Source: Eledone cirrhosa (Eukaryota). From it: a stretch of DNA of 64,000 nucleotides. The position numbers and the translations under genes are program-made. The notes under the pieces were generated by a model. It was not told the DNA's origin and searched no databases. It saw nothing but the letters and a program-made list of their open reading frames with translations. Where the stretch lies: the NCBI GenBank assembly GCA_964016885.1, contig OZ024747.1:77066001-77130000 (forward strand), in the 5' to 3' direction. Of the stretch, positions 1 to 14,854 are shown piece after piece (within the stretch, counting starts at the first letter, position 1; each line of letters starts with the position of its first letter).

Positions 1-40
1 CATACATACATACATACATACATACATACATACATAAAAT

Positions 41-492
41 GAAAGCACAACCGCCACCAAATTAAAGCACAACCGGCCTGATATTGTTGTTTGGGACCAC
101 ACATTGAAAACGTGTTCTGTTGTGGAGATCATCTGCCCACTTGTGTAAACGTTGTCAGAAAAATACAGGAGAAGGAGGACATCTACAGACCATTGATGAG
201 GAGTTTACAAATCCAGTATCCAAGATACATCTTTAGCTTCATACCCATCATTATTGGAGCTACGGGTTATATACCAACCCGCTTGGACCAAAGTATGATT
301 GAACTTGGATTTGCGGACAAAGAGCGCAGCTCCCTAATTCATAGTCTACAAATGGCTGCGATAGCTGGCACCTTCAAAATTTGCAAAACATTCTTGCGAT
401 TCAAGGGATGACAATTTCTTTTCTTTTACAACCTTGCCACCAGGAAGGTGGCCGGTCAAAAAAATATACTCGAAATTAAGAGAAAGAGATAT
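41..492 (+). mobile_element. 5'-truncated non-LTR retrotransposon fragment, C-terminal restriction-like (REL) endonuclease plus 3' UTR (R4/Dong-like)
   Basis: Reads TATKLKHNRPDIVVWDHTLKTCSVVEIICP, then frameshifts into ORF 91-411 (KIQEKEDIY...FIPIIIGATG...KICKTF): RPD..E..K..Y..P...GA.G pattern of REL LINEs; follows a (CATA)n tract. Confidence 0.75.
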
Positions 493-1075
493 AAATGCAG
501 GCATAACAGACCATATATTATGATATGGGACAGGGAAAAGAAGGCATGCACAGTAGTGGAAGTTAGCTGTCCAGCAGATGCCAATATAATATCAAAGATT
601 AGAGAAAAGCAGAATGTTTATGCAGAACTGATGAGAAATCTGCAGATACTCCACCCTGATTACACCTTCAGATTTATACCTGTGATTATTGGGGCACTGG
701 GATATGTTAGTAACTGCCTCAATACAAATCTTGAGAAGCTGGGCTTCAGAGGAACAGAAAGAACACAACTAGTTAAGAAATTACAAGTACAATCCATTAA
801 TGGAACAGTAAAAATATGTAAAACATTCCAAAAATGTTTGCATCTAATAACTGCATATACACATGTACATATACAAAGCATATACACATGCACACATACA
901 ACTCCAAACATACAATAACATCCATATCTACACATGCATGCATGAAGAGATGCAGACATATCTACCTAGTTGATGTTGTGTAAATTCCAATGAGAGTCTT
1001 GTGTCTATGTTAGAAACCGACTCTCTCTCTATTGGTAAACATTTGTGAACTTATAAAAACAGAAGAACATACATA
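493..1075 (+). mobile_element. Second, divergent 5'-truncated REL-endonuclease LINE fragment with 3' UTR ending in (CATA)n
   Basis: ORF 448-918: KCRHNRPYIMIWDREKKACTVVEVSCPAD...KIREKQNVY...FIPVIIGALG...KICKTF; its terminal ~100 bp (961-1070) recurs at 1289-1390, each followed by (CATA)n. Confidence 0.75.
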
Positions 1076-1410
1076 CATACATGAAAACATACTTACACAC
1101 ACACATATATATACATATATACATACATAAATACATACATACATACACACATACATACATATATACATACATACATAAATACATACATACATACATACAA
1201 TTATACATACATACATACATATATACATACATACAAATATACATACATACATACATACATGTATATATGCATACATACATACATACATATCTACCTAATT
1301 GATGTTGTGTAAATTCCAATGAGAGAGTCTTGTGTCTATATTAGAAACCGGCTCTCTCTATTGGTAAATATTTGTGAAATTATATAAACATACATACATA
1401 CATACATACA

Positions 1411-1444
<34 letters not shown>

Positions 1445-1494
1445 CATACATACATACATGCATACATATATACATACATACATGCATACATTCA

Positions 1495-1562
<68 letters not shown>

Positions 1563-1630
1563 AACATACATACATATATACATATATACATACACACGTA
1601 TATACATACATACACATACACATACACACA
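1075..1630. repeat. (CATA)n/(TA)n microsatellites containing a duplicated LINE 3' tail at 1289-1390
   Basis: Direct reading; tctaccta.ttgatgttgtgtaaattccaatgagag...ttagaaaccg.ctctctct occurs twice. Confidence 0.9.
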
Positions 1631-1685
1631 AATCTATGTGATTACATCATATGTCCCCGCGGGTCCTTTTCTCAAATTTCTCCAT

Positions 1686-1695
1686 CAACAACAGC

Positions 1696-1729
<34 letters not shown>

Positions 1730-1752
1730 TCATCAGAAGCAGCATCAGCAGT

Positions 1753-1817
<65 letters not shown>

Positions 1818-1908
1818 TAGCCCCAACAACAACATAATCAACAACGACAATGACAACAACAATAACATCAACAATAACAACAACAACAACATCAACAATA
1901 ACAACAGC
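1686..1908. repeat. (AAC)n microsatellite
   Basis: Direct reading. Confidence 0.95.
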
Positions 1909-2335
1909 TAGCAGCAATCTCTCCCCAACATTATTCAGTGCAACCAAAAATATGTGCAGTGTGCAAGTAATGCACATTCTTTCTACACGTAGATATGACG
2001 TAAGATATTGTAGCCAGTACTTGTAAGATAGTGTTATCTAGTGAATGGTTCAAGATCGATATAGAACACCCGTGAGTATGTGTAGGTGTGTGTCAGTGTG
2101 GGTCTGTGTGCGTGTGTTTATGTGTAGGTGTTTGTGTGTGTTTGTGTGTGTGTTTATGTGAAAGTCTGCTCACTTTTCCAGTCACATGCATTCACACACA
2201 CGCACCAACGTTAATATAAATGTGTAATTTACTGCGACTAATACGTGTATCTGTATACACATATACACATGACCCTCTCTCTGTATAGTGCACTTTGTAA
2301 TGCAGTACAGTGCAATGTTGTGCACATCAAACACC

Positions 2336-3860
2336 AGCACCGCCATTACTCAAGTATTAACTTCACTTTTCACTGCAGTACACTACAGTGCAGTTCAGTG
2401 CAGTACAGTGCAGTGCAGTGCAGTGCAGTGCAGTAAATTATAATTGAGTTCAAATCAATCACATGTACCGCCATTACTCAAATATTAACTTCACTTTTCA
2501 CTGCAGTACACTACAGTGCAGTACAGTGCAGTGCAGTGCAGTTCAGTGCAGTGTAGTGCAGTGCAGTGCAGTGCAGTGCAGTAAATTATAATTCAGTTCA
2601 AATCAATCACATGTACCGCCATTACTCAAGTATTAACTTCACTTTTCACTGCAGTACACTACAGTGCAGTACAGTGCAGTGCAGTGCAGTGCAGTGCAGT
2701 AAATTATAATTCAGTTCAAATCAATCACATGTACCGCCATTACTCAAATATTAACTTCACTTTTCACTGCAGTACACTACAGTGCAGTACAGTGCAGTGC
2801 AGTGCAGTGCAGTTCAGTGCAGTGCAGTGTAGTGCAGTGCAGTGCAGTGCAGTGCAGTAAATTATAATTCAGTTCAAATCAATCACATGTACCGCCATTA
2901 CTCAAGTATTAACTTAACTTTTCACTGCAGTACACTACAGTGCAGTACAATGCAGTACAGTCCAGTGCAGTGCAGTGCAGTAAATTATAATTCAGTTCAA
3001 ATCAATCACATGTACCGCCATTACTCAAGTATTAACTTCACTTTTCACTGCAGTACACTACAGTGCAGTACAGTGCAATGCAGTGCAGTGCAGTGCAGTG
3101 CAGTGCAGTAAATTATAATTCAGTTCAAATCAATCACATGTACCGCCATTACTCAAGTATTAACTTCACTTTTCACTGCAGTACACTACAGTGCAGTACA
3201 GTGCAGTACAGTGCAGTGAAGTGCAGTGCAGTGCAGTAAATTATAATTCAGTTCAAATCAATCACATGTACCGCCATTACTCAAGTATTAACTTCACTTT
3301 TCACTGCAGTACACTACAGTGCATTACAGTACAATGCAGTTTAGTGAGGTATAGTACAGTATAGTGCAGTGTAGTGCAGTAAAGTGCAGTACCGTGCAGT
3401 GTAGTGCAGTAAAGTGCACATTAATCAACAATAGCACCTTCACTCAAGCATGTAACTGTACTTTTCAGCACAATTCAATACAATGCAATATGATGCAGTA
3501 CAGTGCAGTACACTGCACATCCATAACAAACACCAACATCACTCAAGTATCTAAGTGCACATTCCATTACAATGCAATATCATGCAGTAGAATGCATCCA
3601 TAACACACACAGATATCACTCAAGTATGTATGTAACTGCGCTTTGCAGTACTATGCAATAAAGTGCACCACAGTGCACCACAGGGCACATGAATAAAAAA
3701 TACCGCCTTTACTCAAGTATTTAACTGTACTTTTCGGTAGAATACAGCTGAGTGCATCACGGTGCACATACATAACAACCATCACCTTCACTCAAGTATC
3801 TAACTGCACTTTTCAGTATTATGCAGCAGAGTGCACCACGGTGCACATACATAACAACCA
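2336..3860. repeat. Composite tandem repeat: ~85-bp constant unit alternating with variable (CAGTG)n runs, about 8 copies plus degenerate flank
   Basis: cagtaaattataattcagttcaaatcaatcacatgtaccgccattactcaagtattaacttcacttttcactgcagtacacta(cagtg)n repeated 2430-3330. Confidence 0.9.
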
Positions 3861-4007
3861 CCATGAGACATGAGAATAATTCAGGTATTTCCTGTTAATT
3901 AAGGTGAGATACAACTGTTATTTATATAACTTTACTTCATGTTATTGATCGTTCTTCTGTGTTTCACTGGATGACAGTTATAACACTTCCTGTCACATAT
4001 ATACCGC

Positions 4008-4009
<2 letters not shown>

Positions 4010-4053
<44 letters not shown>

Positions 4054-4085
4054 CAACCACACGCACATACATATATATATACCAC

Positions 4086-4119
<34 letters not shown>

Positions 4120-4241
4120 CACACACGACCACACACACATATACACTGCTGCACACATATATGTACCACCACACATATATACACAACACTCCCCACTACC
4201 ACACATATAAACCGCCACGCCACATATATCTATCTATCTAC

Positions 4242-4292
<51 letters not shown>

Positions 4293-4313
4293 CCTACCTA
4301 TCTATCTATCTAC

Positions 4314-4344
<31 letters not shown>

Positions 4345-4369
4345 CCTACCTACCTATCTATCTATCTAC

Positions 4370-4403
<34 letters not shown>

Positions 4404-4432
4404 CTATCTCTATCTATCTGTCTATCTATCTG

Positions 4433-4477
<45 letters not shown>

Positions 4478-4495
4478 ATATATATATATCTATAT
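4010..4495. repeat. (CA)n/(TA)n and (TCTA)n microsatellites
   Basis: Direct reading. Confidence 0.95.
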
Positions 4496-5115
4496 GTGTA
4501 CCTATCATTTCCGCCATTTAAACTCTACACACAGTCCTTATTTGTGTTCGCCTTAAAATAATATTTATACATACTTTCTTACATCCAGTCTATATATCTT
4601 TATTGTGCTGTGGTGGACATTTTTTCCGGCGTTTCTACTCACAGGTGTCACGACCAAGGGCTACATTGACGAGACAAGGAGTTACTTCCTACCTATCTCA
4701 TAACCGACCTCGTAGATATATCGCCAACACCCGACCTCACTGAAAGTGGTTCATGTTGGAGACCCAGTTCCAAAGAGAGTTGGTATGGGACATCTCATGT
4801 GGTTGGATTCGTTCCACCATCTTCAATAGAGTATGGAAGCTTGGTTCCGGGGATCTCAACTGATTTCGCAGTCGTTTTATTATTAGAGTGACACGACTCG
4901 TCTCTGTTAGTGCTTGAGATATCTTGTAGCAGAGTTGGGGCCAATTCTGTTTACGGTAAGGTGTGTCAATCTGGGAATGATGTTCCATACACACGATTTT
5001 ATGGACTTATCTGACGTACCTGGACCAATTCGGCATTGTTGTACCTGTTCTGAGCTTACTCCAACCACGGGCATTGACCTTTTTTACCACGATTGTTGAG
5101 TCTCTTCTGTGTTTT

Positions 5116-5440
5116 CCCAGTGCATTACTGGTACTTTATTTTATCGACCACGTATGGATGAAAGGCAAAGCTAACCTCGACAGGATTTTAACTCAGAACG
5201 TAAAGGGCCGTAACTCTATACTACAAAACATAGTGTCCGATGCTACACCGGTACTAAAGAATGGTTTCCGATTTAGGCACAAGGCCAGCAATTCTGAGAG
5301 ACGAGAAAGTCGATTAAATCGACCCCCAGTTCGTTATTGGTACTTTATTTTATCGACCTCGTATGGATGAAAGGCAAAGCTAACCTCGGCGGGATTGGAT
5401 ATCAGAATGTAAAGGGCCGTAACTATATGCTATAAAGCAT
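5116..5440 (-). mobile_element. Two adjacent partial SINE copies with Deu/Nin-type central domain
   Basis: Both contain tggtactttattttatcgacc.cgtatggatgaaaggcaaagctaacctcg (reverse complement of GCCTTTCATCC..GGTCGATAAAATAAAGTACCA); same family at 13758, 43480, 62768. Confidence 0.75.
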
Positions 5441-5542
5441 ATTATTTCCCTACTGATACAAAAGAATAAAAGATAAAAAGAATATGGTATGATGTTATGA
5501 CGTCATACGAAATAAATATAAGCTGCAGAAATCCCTCTTGCA

Positions 5543-5851
5543 ATGTGTCTGTCTGTCTGTCTGTCTCCCTGTCTGTCTGTCAGTCTGTCTCCATGTCTGT
5601 CTGCCTGTCTGTCTGTCTGTGTATCTGTCTATCTGTCTGTCTGCCTGTCTGTCTGTGTATCTGTCTACCTGTCTGTCTGTCTGTATGTATGTATGTCTGT
5701 CTGTCTGTCTGCCTGTCTGTGTATCTGTCTGTCAGCCTGTCTGTCTGCCTGTCTGTGTGCCTGTCTGTCTATCTGTCTGTATGTATGTATGTCTATATGT
5801 CTGTCTCCCTGTCTGTCTATCTGTCTGTCTATATGTCTGTCTGCCTGTCTC

Positions 5852-5886
<35 letters not shown>

Positions 5887-6393
5887 GGCTGTCTGTCTGT
5901 GTATCTGTCTGTCAGCCTGTCTGTCTGCCTGTCTTTCTATCTGTCTGTATGTATGTATGTCTCCCTGTCTGTCTATCTATCTGTCTATCTGTATATCTGC
6001 CTGTCTCCCTGTCTGTCTGTCTGTCCAACAATAGTTTCTCACGTCTTCTCCATGTTTGTTTTCTCTAAACCATTTTAACAGCCAATTGGTGTATGTACAT
6101 AAGCAGACAAAACTGGATCTAATACACCAGTCTTATACATGTATGTATGTATGTATGTATGTGTGTATGTATGGATGGATGGATGTGTGTATATATGTAT
6201 GTGTGTATGTATGTATGGATGTATGTGTGTATATATGTGTGTGTGTATGTGTGTATGTATGTATGTATGGATGGATGGATGTATGTGTGTATATATGTGT
6301 GTGTGTATGTGTGTATGTATGTATGTATGGATGGATGGATGTATGTATGGATGGATGAGTGGATGTATGTATGTATGTATGTATGTATGTATG

Positions 6394-6428
<35 letters not shown>

Positions 6429-6908
6429 GCGTGTATGTATGTATGTATGTGTGTATGGATGGATGGATGGATGGATGTGTGTATATATGTATGTGTGTAT
6501 GTATGTATGTATGGATGTATGTGTGTATATATGTGTGTGTGTATGTGTGTATGTATGTATGTATGGATGGATGGATGGATGGATGGATGGATGTATGTGT
6601 GTATATATGTGTGTGTATATGTATGTATGTATGTATGGATGGATGGATGGATGGATGGATGTGTGTATATGTGTGTGTGTGTATGTATGTATGTATGTAT
6701 GTATTGATGGATGGATGGATGTATGTGTGTATATATGTGTGTGTGTATGTGTGTATGTATGTATGTATGTATGTATGTATGTATGGATGGATGGATGGAT
6801 GTATGTGTGTATATATGTGTGTGTGTATGTGTGTATGTATGTATGTATGTATGTATGTATGGATGGATGGATGGATGGATGGATGGATGTGTGTATATAT
6901 GTGTGTGT
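5543..6908. repeat. (TCTG)n tract (5543-6025) and (TATG/GGAT/TG)n compound tract (6138-6908)
   Basis: Direct reading. Confidence 0.95.
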
Positions 6909-6982
6909 ACTGAAGGAAACGTTGGCAGTAACTATTTTACTGAGATCGAAAGAGGCGGAATATATTGGCAAAAAGAAGAAAA

Positions 6983-9900
6983 AGCAACACCAACGAAAAC
7001 AACAATAACATTAACAACAACAACAACAACATTAACAACAACATCAACAACAACAACAACAGCAACAACAACAACATCATTAACAACAATAACAACAGCA
7101 ACAACAAAAACAATAACAACAACAATACCAACAGCAACAATAACAACAATAACAACAAAAAACAACACTACCAATAACAAAAACAACACTAACAACAACA
7201 AAAACAACAATAACAACACTACCAACAACAAAAACAACACTAACAACAACAAAAACAACACTAACAACAACAAAAACGACACTAACAACAACAAAAACAA
7301 CAATAACAACACTACCAATAACAAAAACAACACTACCAACAACAAAAACAACACTAACAACAACAAAAACAACAATAACAACACTACCAACAACAAAAAC
7401 AACACTACCAATAACAAAAACGACACTAACAACAACAAAAACAACAATAACAACACTACCAACAACAAAAAACACACTAACAACAACAAAAACAACAATA
7501 ACAACACTACCAACAACAACAAAACACTACCAATAACAAAAACGACACTAATACAACAAAAACAACACTAACAACAACAAAAACGACACTAACAACAACA
7601 AAAACAACAAAAACAACAATAACAACACTACCAATAACAAAAACAACACTACCAACAACAAAAACGACACTAACACAACAAAAACAACACTAACAACAAC
7701 AAAAACGACACTAACAACAACAAAAACAACAATAACAACACTACCAATAAGAAAAACAACAATAACAACAACAAAAACAACACTAACAACAACAAAAACA
7801 ACACTAACAACAACAAAAACAACAATAACAACACTGCCAACAACAAAAACAACACTACCAATAACAAAAACGACACTAACAACAACAAAAACAACAATAA
7901 CAACACTACCAATAACAAAAACAACACTAACAACAACAAAAACAACACTAACAACAACAAAAACGACACTAACAACAACAAAAACAACAATAACAACACT
8001 ACCAATAACAAAAACAACCCTACCAACAACAAAAACAACAGTAACAACAACAAAAACAACACTATAATCAACAAAAACAACAATAACAACACTACCAACA
8101 ACAAAAACAACACTACCAATAACAAAAACGACACTAACAACAACAAAAACAACAATAACAACACTACCAACAACAAAAACAACACTAACAACAACAAAAA
8201 CAACAATAACAACACTACCAATAACAAAAACGACACTACCAACAACAAAAACAACACTAACAACAACAAAAACAACACTAACAACAACAAAAACAACAAT
8301 AACAACAACAAAAACAACAAAAATGACACTAACAACAACAAAAACAACACTACCAACAACAAAAACAACACTAACAAAAACAACACTAAAAACAACAAAA
8401 ACGACACTAACAACAAGAAAAACAACAATAACAACACTACCAATAACAAAAACAATACTACAAACAACAAAAACAACACTAACAACAACAAAAACAACAC
8501 TAACAACAACAAAAACGACACTAACAACAACAAAAACAACACTAACAACAACAAAAAACGACACTAACTACAACAAAAACAACAATAACAACACTACCAA
8601 CAACAAAAACAACACTAACAACAACAAAAACATCACTAACAACAACAAAAACAACAATAACAACACCACCAACAACAAAAACGACACTACCAATATCAAA
8701 ATCGACACTAACAACAACAAAAACAACACTACCAACAACAAAAACAACACTAACAACAACAAAAACGACACTAACAACAGCAAAAACAACAATAACAACA
8801 CTACCAATAACAAAAACAACACTACCAAGAACAAAAACAACACTAACAACAACAAAAACAACGCTAACAACAACAAAAACAACAATAACAACACTACCAA
8901 CAACAAAAACAACACTACCAATAACAAAAACAACACTAACAACAACAAAAACAACACTAACAACAACAAAAACAACAATAACAACACTACCAACAACAAA
9001 AACAACACTACCAATAACAAAAACAACACTAACAACAACAAAAACAACACTAACAACAACAAAAACAACACTAACAACAAAAACACCACTAACAACAGCA
9101 AAAACAACACTAACAACAACAAAAACAACAATAACAACACTACCAATAACAAAAACAACACTACCAACAACAAAAACAACACTAACAACAACAAAAACAA
9201 CACTACCAACAACAAAAACAACACTAACAACAACAAAAACAACACTAACAACAACAAAAACAACACTAACAACAACAAAAACAACAATAACAACACTACC
9301 AACAACAAAATCGACACTACCAATAACAAAAACGACACTAACAACAACAAAAACAACACTACCAACAACAAAAACAACACTAACAACAACAAAAACGACA
9401 CTAACAACAGCAAAAACAACAATAACAACACTACCAATAACAAAAACAACACTACCAAGAACAAAAACAACACTAACAACAACAAAAACAACGCTAACAA
9501 CAACAAAAACAACAATAACAACACTACCAACAACAAAAACAACACTACCAATAACAAAAACAACACTAACAACAACAAAAACAACACTAACAACAACAAA
9601 AACAACAATAACAACACTACCAACAACAAAAACAACACTACCAATAACAAAAACAACACTAACAACAACAAAAACAACACTAACAACAACAAAAACATCA
9701 CTAACAACAACAAAAACAACAATAACAACACTACCAACAACAAAAACAACACTACCAATAACAAAAACGACACTAACAACAACAAAAACAACACTACCAA
9801 CAACAAAAACAACACTAACAACAACAAAAACAACACTAACAACAACAAAGACGACACTAACAACAACAAAAACAACAATAACAACACTACCAATAAGAAA

Positions 9901-12900
9901 AACAACACTACCAACAACAAAAACAACACTAACAACAACAAAAACAACGCTAACAACAACAAAAACAACACTAACAACAACAAAAACAACGCTAACAACA
10001 ACAAAAACAACAATAACAACACTACCAACAACAAAAACAACACTACCAATAACAAAAACAACACTAACAACAACAAAAACAACACTACCAACAACAAAAA
10101 CAACACTAACAACAACAAAAACAACACTAACAACAACAAAAACAACACTAACAACAACAAAAACAACAATAACAACACTACCAACAACAAAATCGACACT
10201 ACCAATAACAAAAACGACACTAACAACAACAAAAACAACACTACCAACAACAAAAACAACACTAACAACAACAAAAACGACACTAACAACAGCAAAAACA
10301 ACAATAACAACACTACCAATAACAAAAACAACACTACCAAGAACAAAAACAACACTAACAACAACAAAAACAACGCTAACAACAACAAAAACAACAATAA
10401 CAACACTACCAACAACAAAAACAACACTACCAATAACAAAAACAACACTAACAACAACAAAAACAACACTAACAACAACAAAAACAACAATAACAACACT
10501 ACCAACAACAAAAACAACACTACCAATAACAAAAACAACACTAACAACAACAAAAACAACACTAACAACAACAAAAACATCACTAACAACAACAAAAACA
10601 ACAATAACAACACTACCAACAACAAAAACAACACTACCAATAACAAAAACGACACTAACAACAACAAAAACAACACTACCAACAACAAAAACCACACTAA
10701 CAACAACAAAAACAACACTAACAACAACAAAGACGACACTAACAACAACAAAAACAACAATAACAACACTACCAATAAGAAAAACAACACTACCAACAAC
10801 AAAAACAACACTAACAACAACAAAAACAACGCTAACAACAACAAAAACAACACTAACAACAACAAAAACAACGCTAACAACAACAAAAACAACAATAACA
10901 ACACTACCAACAACAAAAACAACACTACCAATAACAAAAACAACACTAACAACAACAAAAACAACACTAACAACAACAAAAACAACAATAACAACACTAC
11001 CAACAACAAAAACAACACTACCAATAACAAAAACAACACTAACAACAACAAAAACAACACTAACAACAACAAAAACAACACTAACAACAACAAAAACAAT
11101 ACTAACAACAACAAAGACAACAATAACAACACTACCAATAACAAAAACAACACTACCAACAACAAAAACAACACTAACAACAACAAAAACAACACTACCA
11201 ATAACAAAAACGACACTAACAACAAAAACAACAATAACAACACTACCAACAACAAAAACAACACTACCAATAACAAAAACGACGCTAACAACAACAAAAA
11301 CAACACTAACAACAACAAAAACAACAATAACAACACTACCAACAACAAAAACAACACTACCAACAAGAAAAACAACACTAACAACAACAAAAACAACAAT
11401 AACAACACTACCAACAACAAAAACAACACTACCAATAACAAAAACAACACTAACAACAACAAAAACAACACTAACAACAACAAAAACAACAATAACAACA
11501 CTACCAATAACAAAAAAAACACTACCAACAACAAAAACAACACTACCAACAAGAAAAACAACACTAACAACAACAAAAACAACAATAACAACACTACCAA
11601 CAACAAAAACAACACTACCAATAACAAAAACAACACTAACAACAACAAAAACAACACTAACAACAACAAAAACAACAATAACAACACTACCAACAACAAA
11701 AACAACACTACCAATAACAAAACAACACTAACAACAACAAAAACAACACTAACAACAACAAAAACATCACTAACAACAACAAAAACAACAATAACAACAC
11801 TACCAACAACAAAAACAATACTACCAATAACAAAAACGACGCTAACAACAACAAAAACAACACTACCAACAACAAAAACAACACTAACAACAGCAAAAAC
11901 AACACTAACAACAACAAAAACAACACTAACAACAACAAAAACAACAATAACAACACTACCAATAACAAAAAAAACACTACCAACAACAAAAACAACACTA
12001 ACAACAATAAAAACAACACCACCAATAACAAAAACGACACTAACAACAACAAAAACAACAAAAACAACACTACCAATAACAAAAACGACACTAACAACAA
12101 CAAAAACAACACTAACAACAACAAAAACAACAATAACAACACTAACAACACCAATAACAACACTACCAACAACAAAAACAACACTACCAATAACAAAAAC
12201 AACACTAACAACAACAAAAACAACACTAACAACAACAAAAACAACAATAGCAACACTAACAACAACAATAACAACACTACCAACAACAAAAACAACACTA
12301 ACAACAACAAAAACAACAATAACAACACTACCAACAACAAAAGCAACTCTAACAACAACAAAAACAACAATAACAACACTACCAACAACAAAAACAACAC
12401 TAACAACAACAAAAACAACACTAACAACAACAAAAACAACAATAACAACACTACCAATAACATAAACGACACTAACAACAACAAAAACAACACTACCAAC
12501 AACAAAAACAACACTAACAACAACAAAAACAACACTAACAACAACAAAAACGACACTAACAACAACAAAAACAACAATAACAACACTACCAATAACAAAA
12601 ACGACACTAACAACAACACAAACAACACTACCAACAACAAAAACAACACTAACAACAACAAAAACAACAATAACAACACTACCAACAACAAAAACAGCAC
12701 TACCAATAACAAAAACGACACTAACAACAACAAAAACAACACTAACAACAAAAACAACACTAACAACAACAAAAACAACACTAACAACGACAAAAACAAC
12801 ACAACCAACAACACTACCAACAACAAAAACAACACTAACAACAACAAAAACAACAATAACAACACTACCAACAACAAAAACAACACTACCAACAACAAAA

Positions 12901-13088
12901 ACAACACTAACAACAACAAAAACAACGCTACCAACAACATCAACAACAGCAAAAACAACAACAATAACAACAAAAAACAACACTACCAACAACAACAGCA
13001 ACAACAGCAGCAACAATAATAACAACAAAAACAACACTAACAACAACAACAACAGCAACAACAATAACACTAACAACAACAAAAACAA
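6983..13088. repeat. 6.1-kb AAC-derived complex satellite (21/27-bp subunits) with an 882-bp internal duplication
   Basis: Subunits aaaaacaacactaacaacaac / aaaaacaacaataacaacactaccaacaac; rare variants atcgac (9310, 10192) and aaagacgac (9850, 10732) both recur 882 bp apart. Confidence 0.95.
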
Positions 13089-13177
13089 TTTACATTTGTT
13101 TCCTGTTGACGTAAAGAAAGAAAGAAAGAAAAGTGTAAACATAGAAAAGTTAAATTTACAAAACAATCGATTGTTTT

Positions 13178-13590
13178 AGTAAATCGGAAGTTGTGTTAGA
13201 ATATCTCAAGTGGCTGAGTGTAAACCGGAAGTGGGTGTTAGAATACCTCAAGTGGCTGAGAGTAAACCGGAAGTTGTGTTAGAATGTCTGAAGAAGCTGG
13301 AAATAAACGGGAAGTTGAGTTAGAATATCTGAAGTGACTGAGAGTAAACCGGAAGTTGTGTTAGAATGTCTGAAGAAGCTGGAAGTGAACTGGAAGTTGA
13401 GTTAGAATATCTGAAGAAGTTGGAAGTAAACCGGAAGTTGTGTTAGAATATCTGAAGTGACTGAGAGTAAACCGGAAGTTGTGTTACATTATCAGAAGTG
13501 GCTGAGAGTAAACCGGAAGTTGTGTTAGAATATGTGAATAAGCTGAAAGTAAACCGGAAGTTGTGTTAGAATATGTCAGAAGTCTGAGAG
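13178..13590. repeat. 41-bp minisatellite, about 10 copies
   Basis: Unit gtaaaccggaagttgtgttagaatatctgaagtgactgaga starting near 13179, 13220, 13262, 13303 ... 13549. Confidence 0.92.
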
Positions 13591-13757
13591 AAATCTGCTG
13601 TACTTGAGAGGATTGGGCTCCGCCAAGTATAAATATGTCCGTGAGACACTGTATGCCAATATGGCGCCCCTAAGACTCCTTCGGGAGATACGGGACCATG
13701 CATGCATACATACAACGTTATATACAGGTGGTGTCGTAAAGACACCGCCTAGGCACT

Positions 13758-13868
13758 GTGGTCGATAAATAAAGTACCAATCAAGCACTGGTGGTGATTT
13801 ATCGATTTTTTCTTCCCACCTCTCTCATACACCAAATAATTGCTGGCCTTGTGCTTAAACCTGAAACC
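13758..13868 (+). mobile_element. Partial Deu/Nin-type SINE (3' half)
   Basis: ggtcgataaataaagtacca...ttgctggccttgtgc matches the reverse complement of copies at 5262 and 62768. Confidence 0.65.
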
Positions 13869-14177
13869 TTAATTAGAATTAACATTTATTCTGTATTACC
13901 CTTTCCCCTATGAACACCCCGCCCACTCACACACACCATAAATTAATCAAAGTTGAGTCAGTGTAGGAACAAGTCCGACAAGCCATGGTACACTAACAAA
14001 TATTAACATGTTGAACCTAATGACGTCATATTCACAGTCACGTGTGATATTTAGGACGGATGTAGGGCGTTCATGCCGAACTATTTGTGGCCAAACTGCT
14101 AATCTGTTGAATAACAGAACATATATATACATACGTGTGTGTATGCATATATATGTGCGTATGTTTGTGTGTATATG

Positions 14178-14245
<68 letters not shown>

Positions 14246-14251
14246 TACACA

Positions 14252-14313
<62 letters not shown>

Positions 14314-14781
14314 CAAATATAAATTAGCGAGAATCGTTTTCAGCTCAGGAATTAACGAAAATCAACGTCCGATATGTGTGGCAAGCGCTCGATGAATCAT
14401 ATGAATCAGAGCTACAACATACGTTAAGGGCCAAACACACTGAGATGATGGTTAAACATATCATCCGCACAGCCAAAACAAAACGACCAAGTAATTCGGG
14501 TCAAACAATAAAAATATATGTGTTGATACTTTCCCGGACCCTGGACTGATGGTAAAATCCAGTATTGGTTTCTGCGACTCCAAATCAGGTACTGTCCGCC
14601 TACATAAAGAATGTTGGACTTCTGGTGAGATGATGAACATATATGTGTGTGAGTTTCTATCTATCTATATACCTATCTATACATACATATATGTATATTG
14701 AAGAAGCTGAGTGGAAACCTATATATATATATATATATACCTATATATATGTGTGTGTGTATTTGTGTGAATATCTATCTA

Positions 14782-14854
<73 letters not shown>

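Noticed and set aside
2336-3330. CRISPR-like repeat-spacer pattern
   Set aside because: The variable parts are only (CAGTG)n length variants, the repeat is ~85 bp, no cas genes, eukaryotic context.
4620-5110. Coding-looking unique segment (minus ORF 4737-4994)
   Set aside because: No motif recognised; possibly an old TE fragment, needs a profile search.
8323-13166. 1380-aa N/K/T ORF and 1532-aa L/V/F ORF as real proteins
   Set aside because: Both strands of one AAC satellite are open because the unit lacks stops; the frame drifts between N-rich and T-rich readings.
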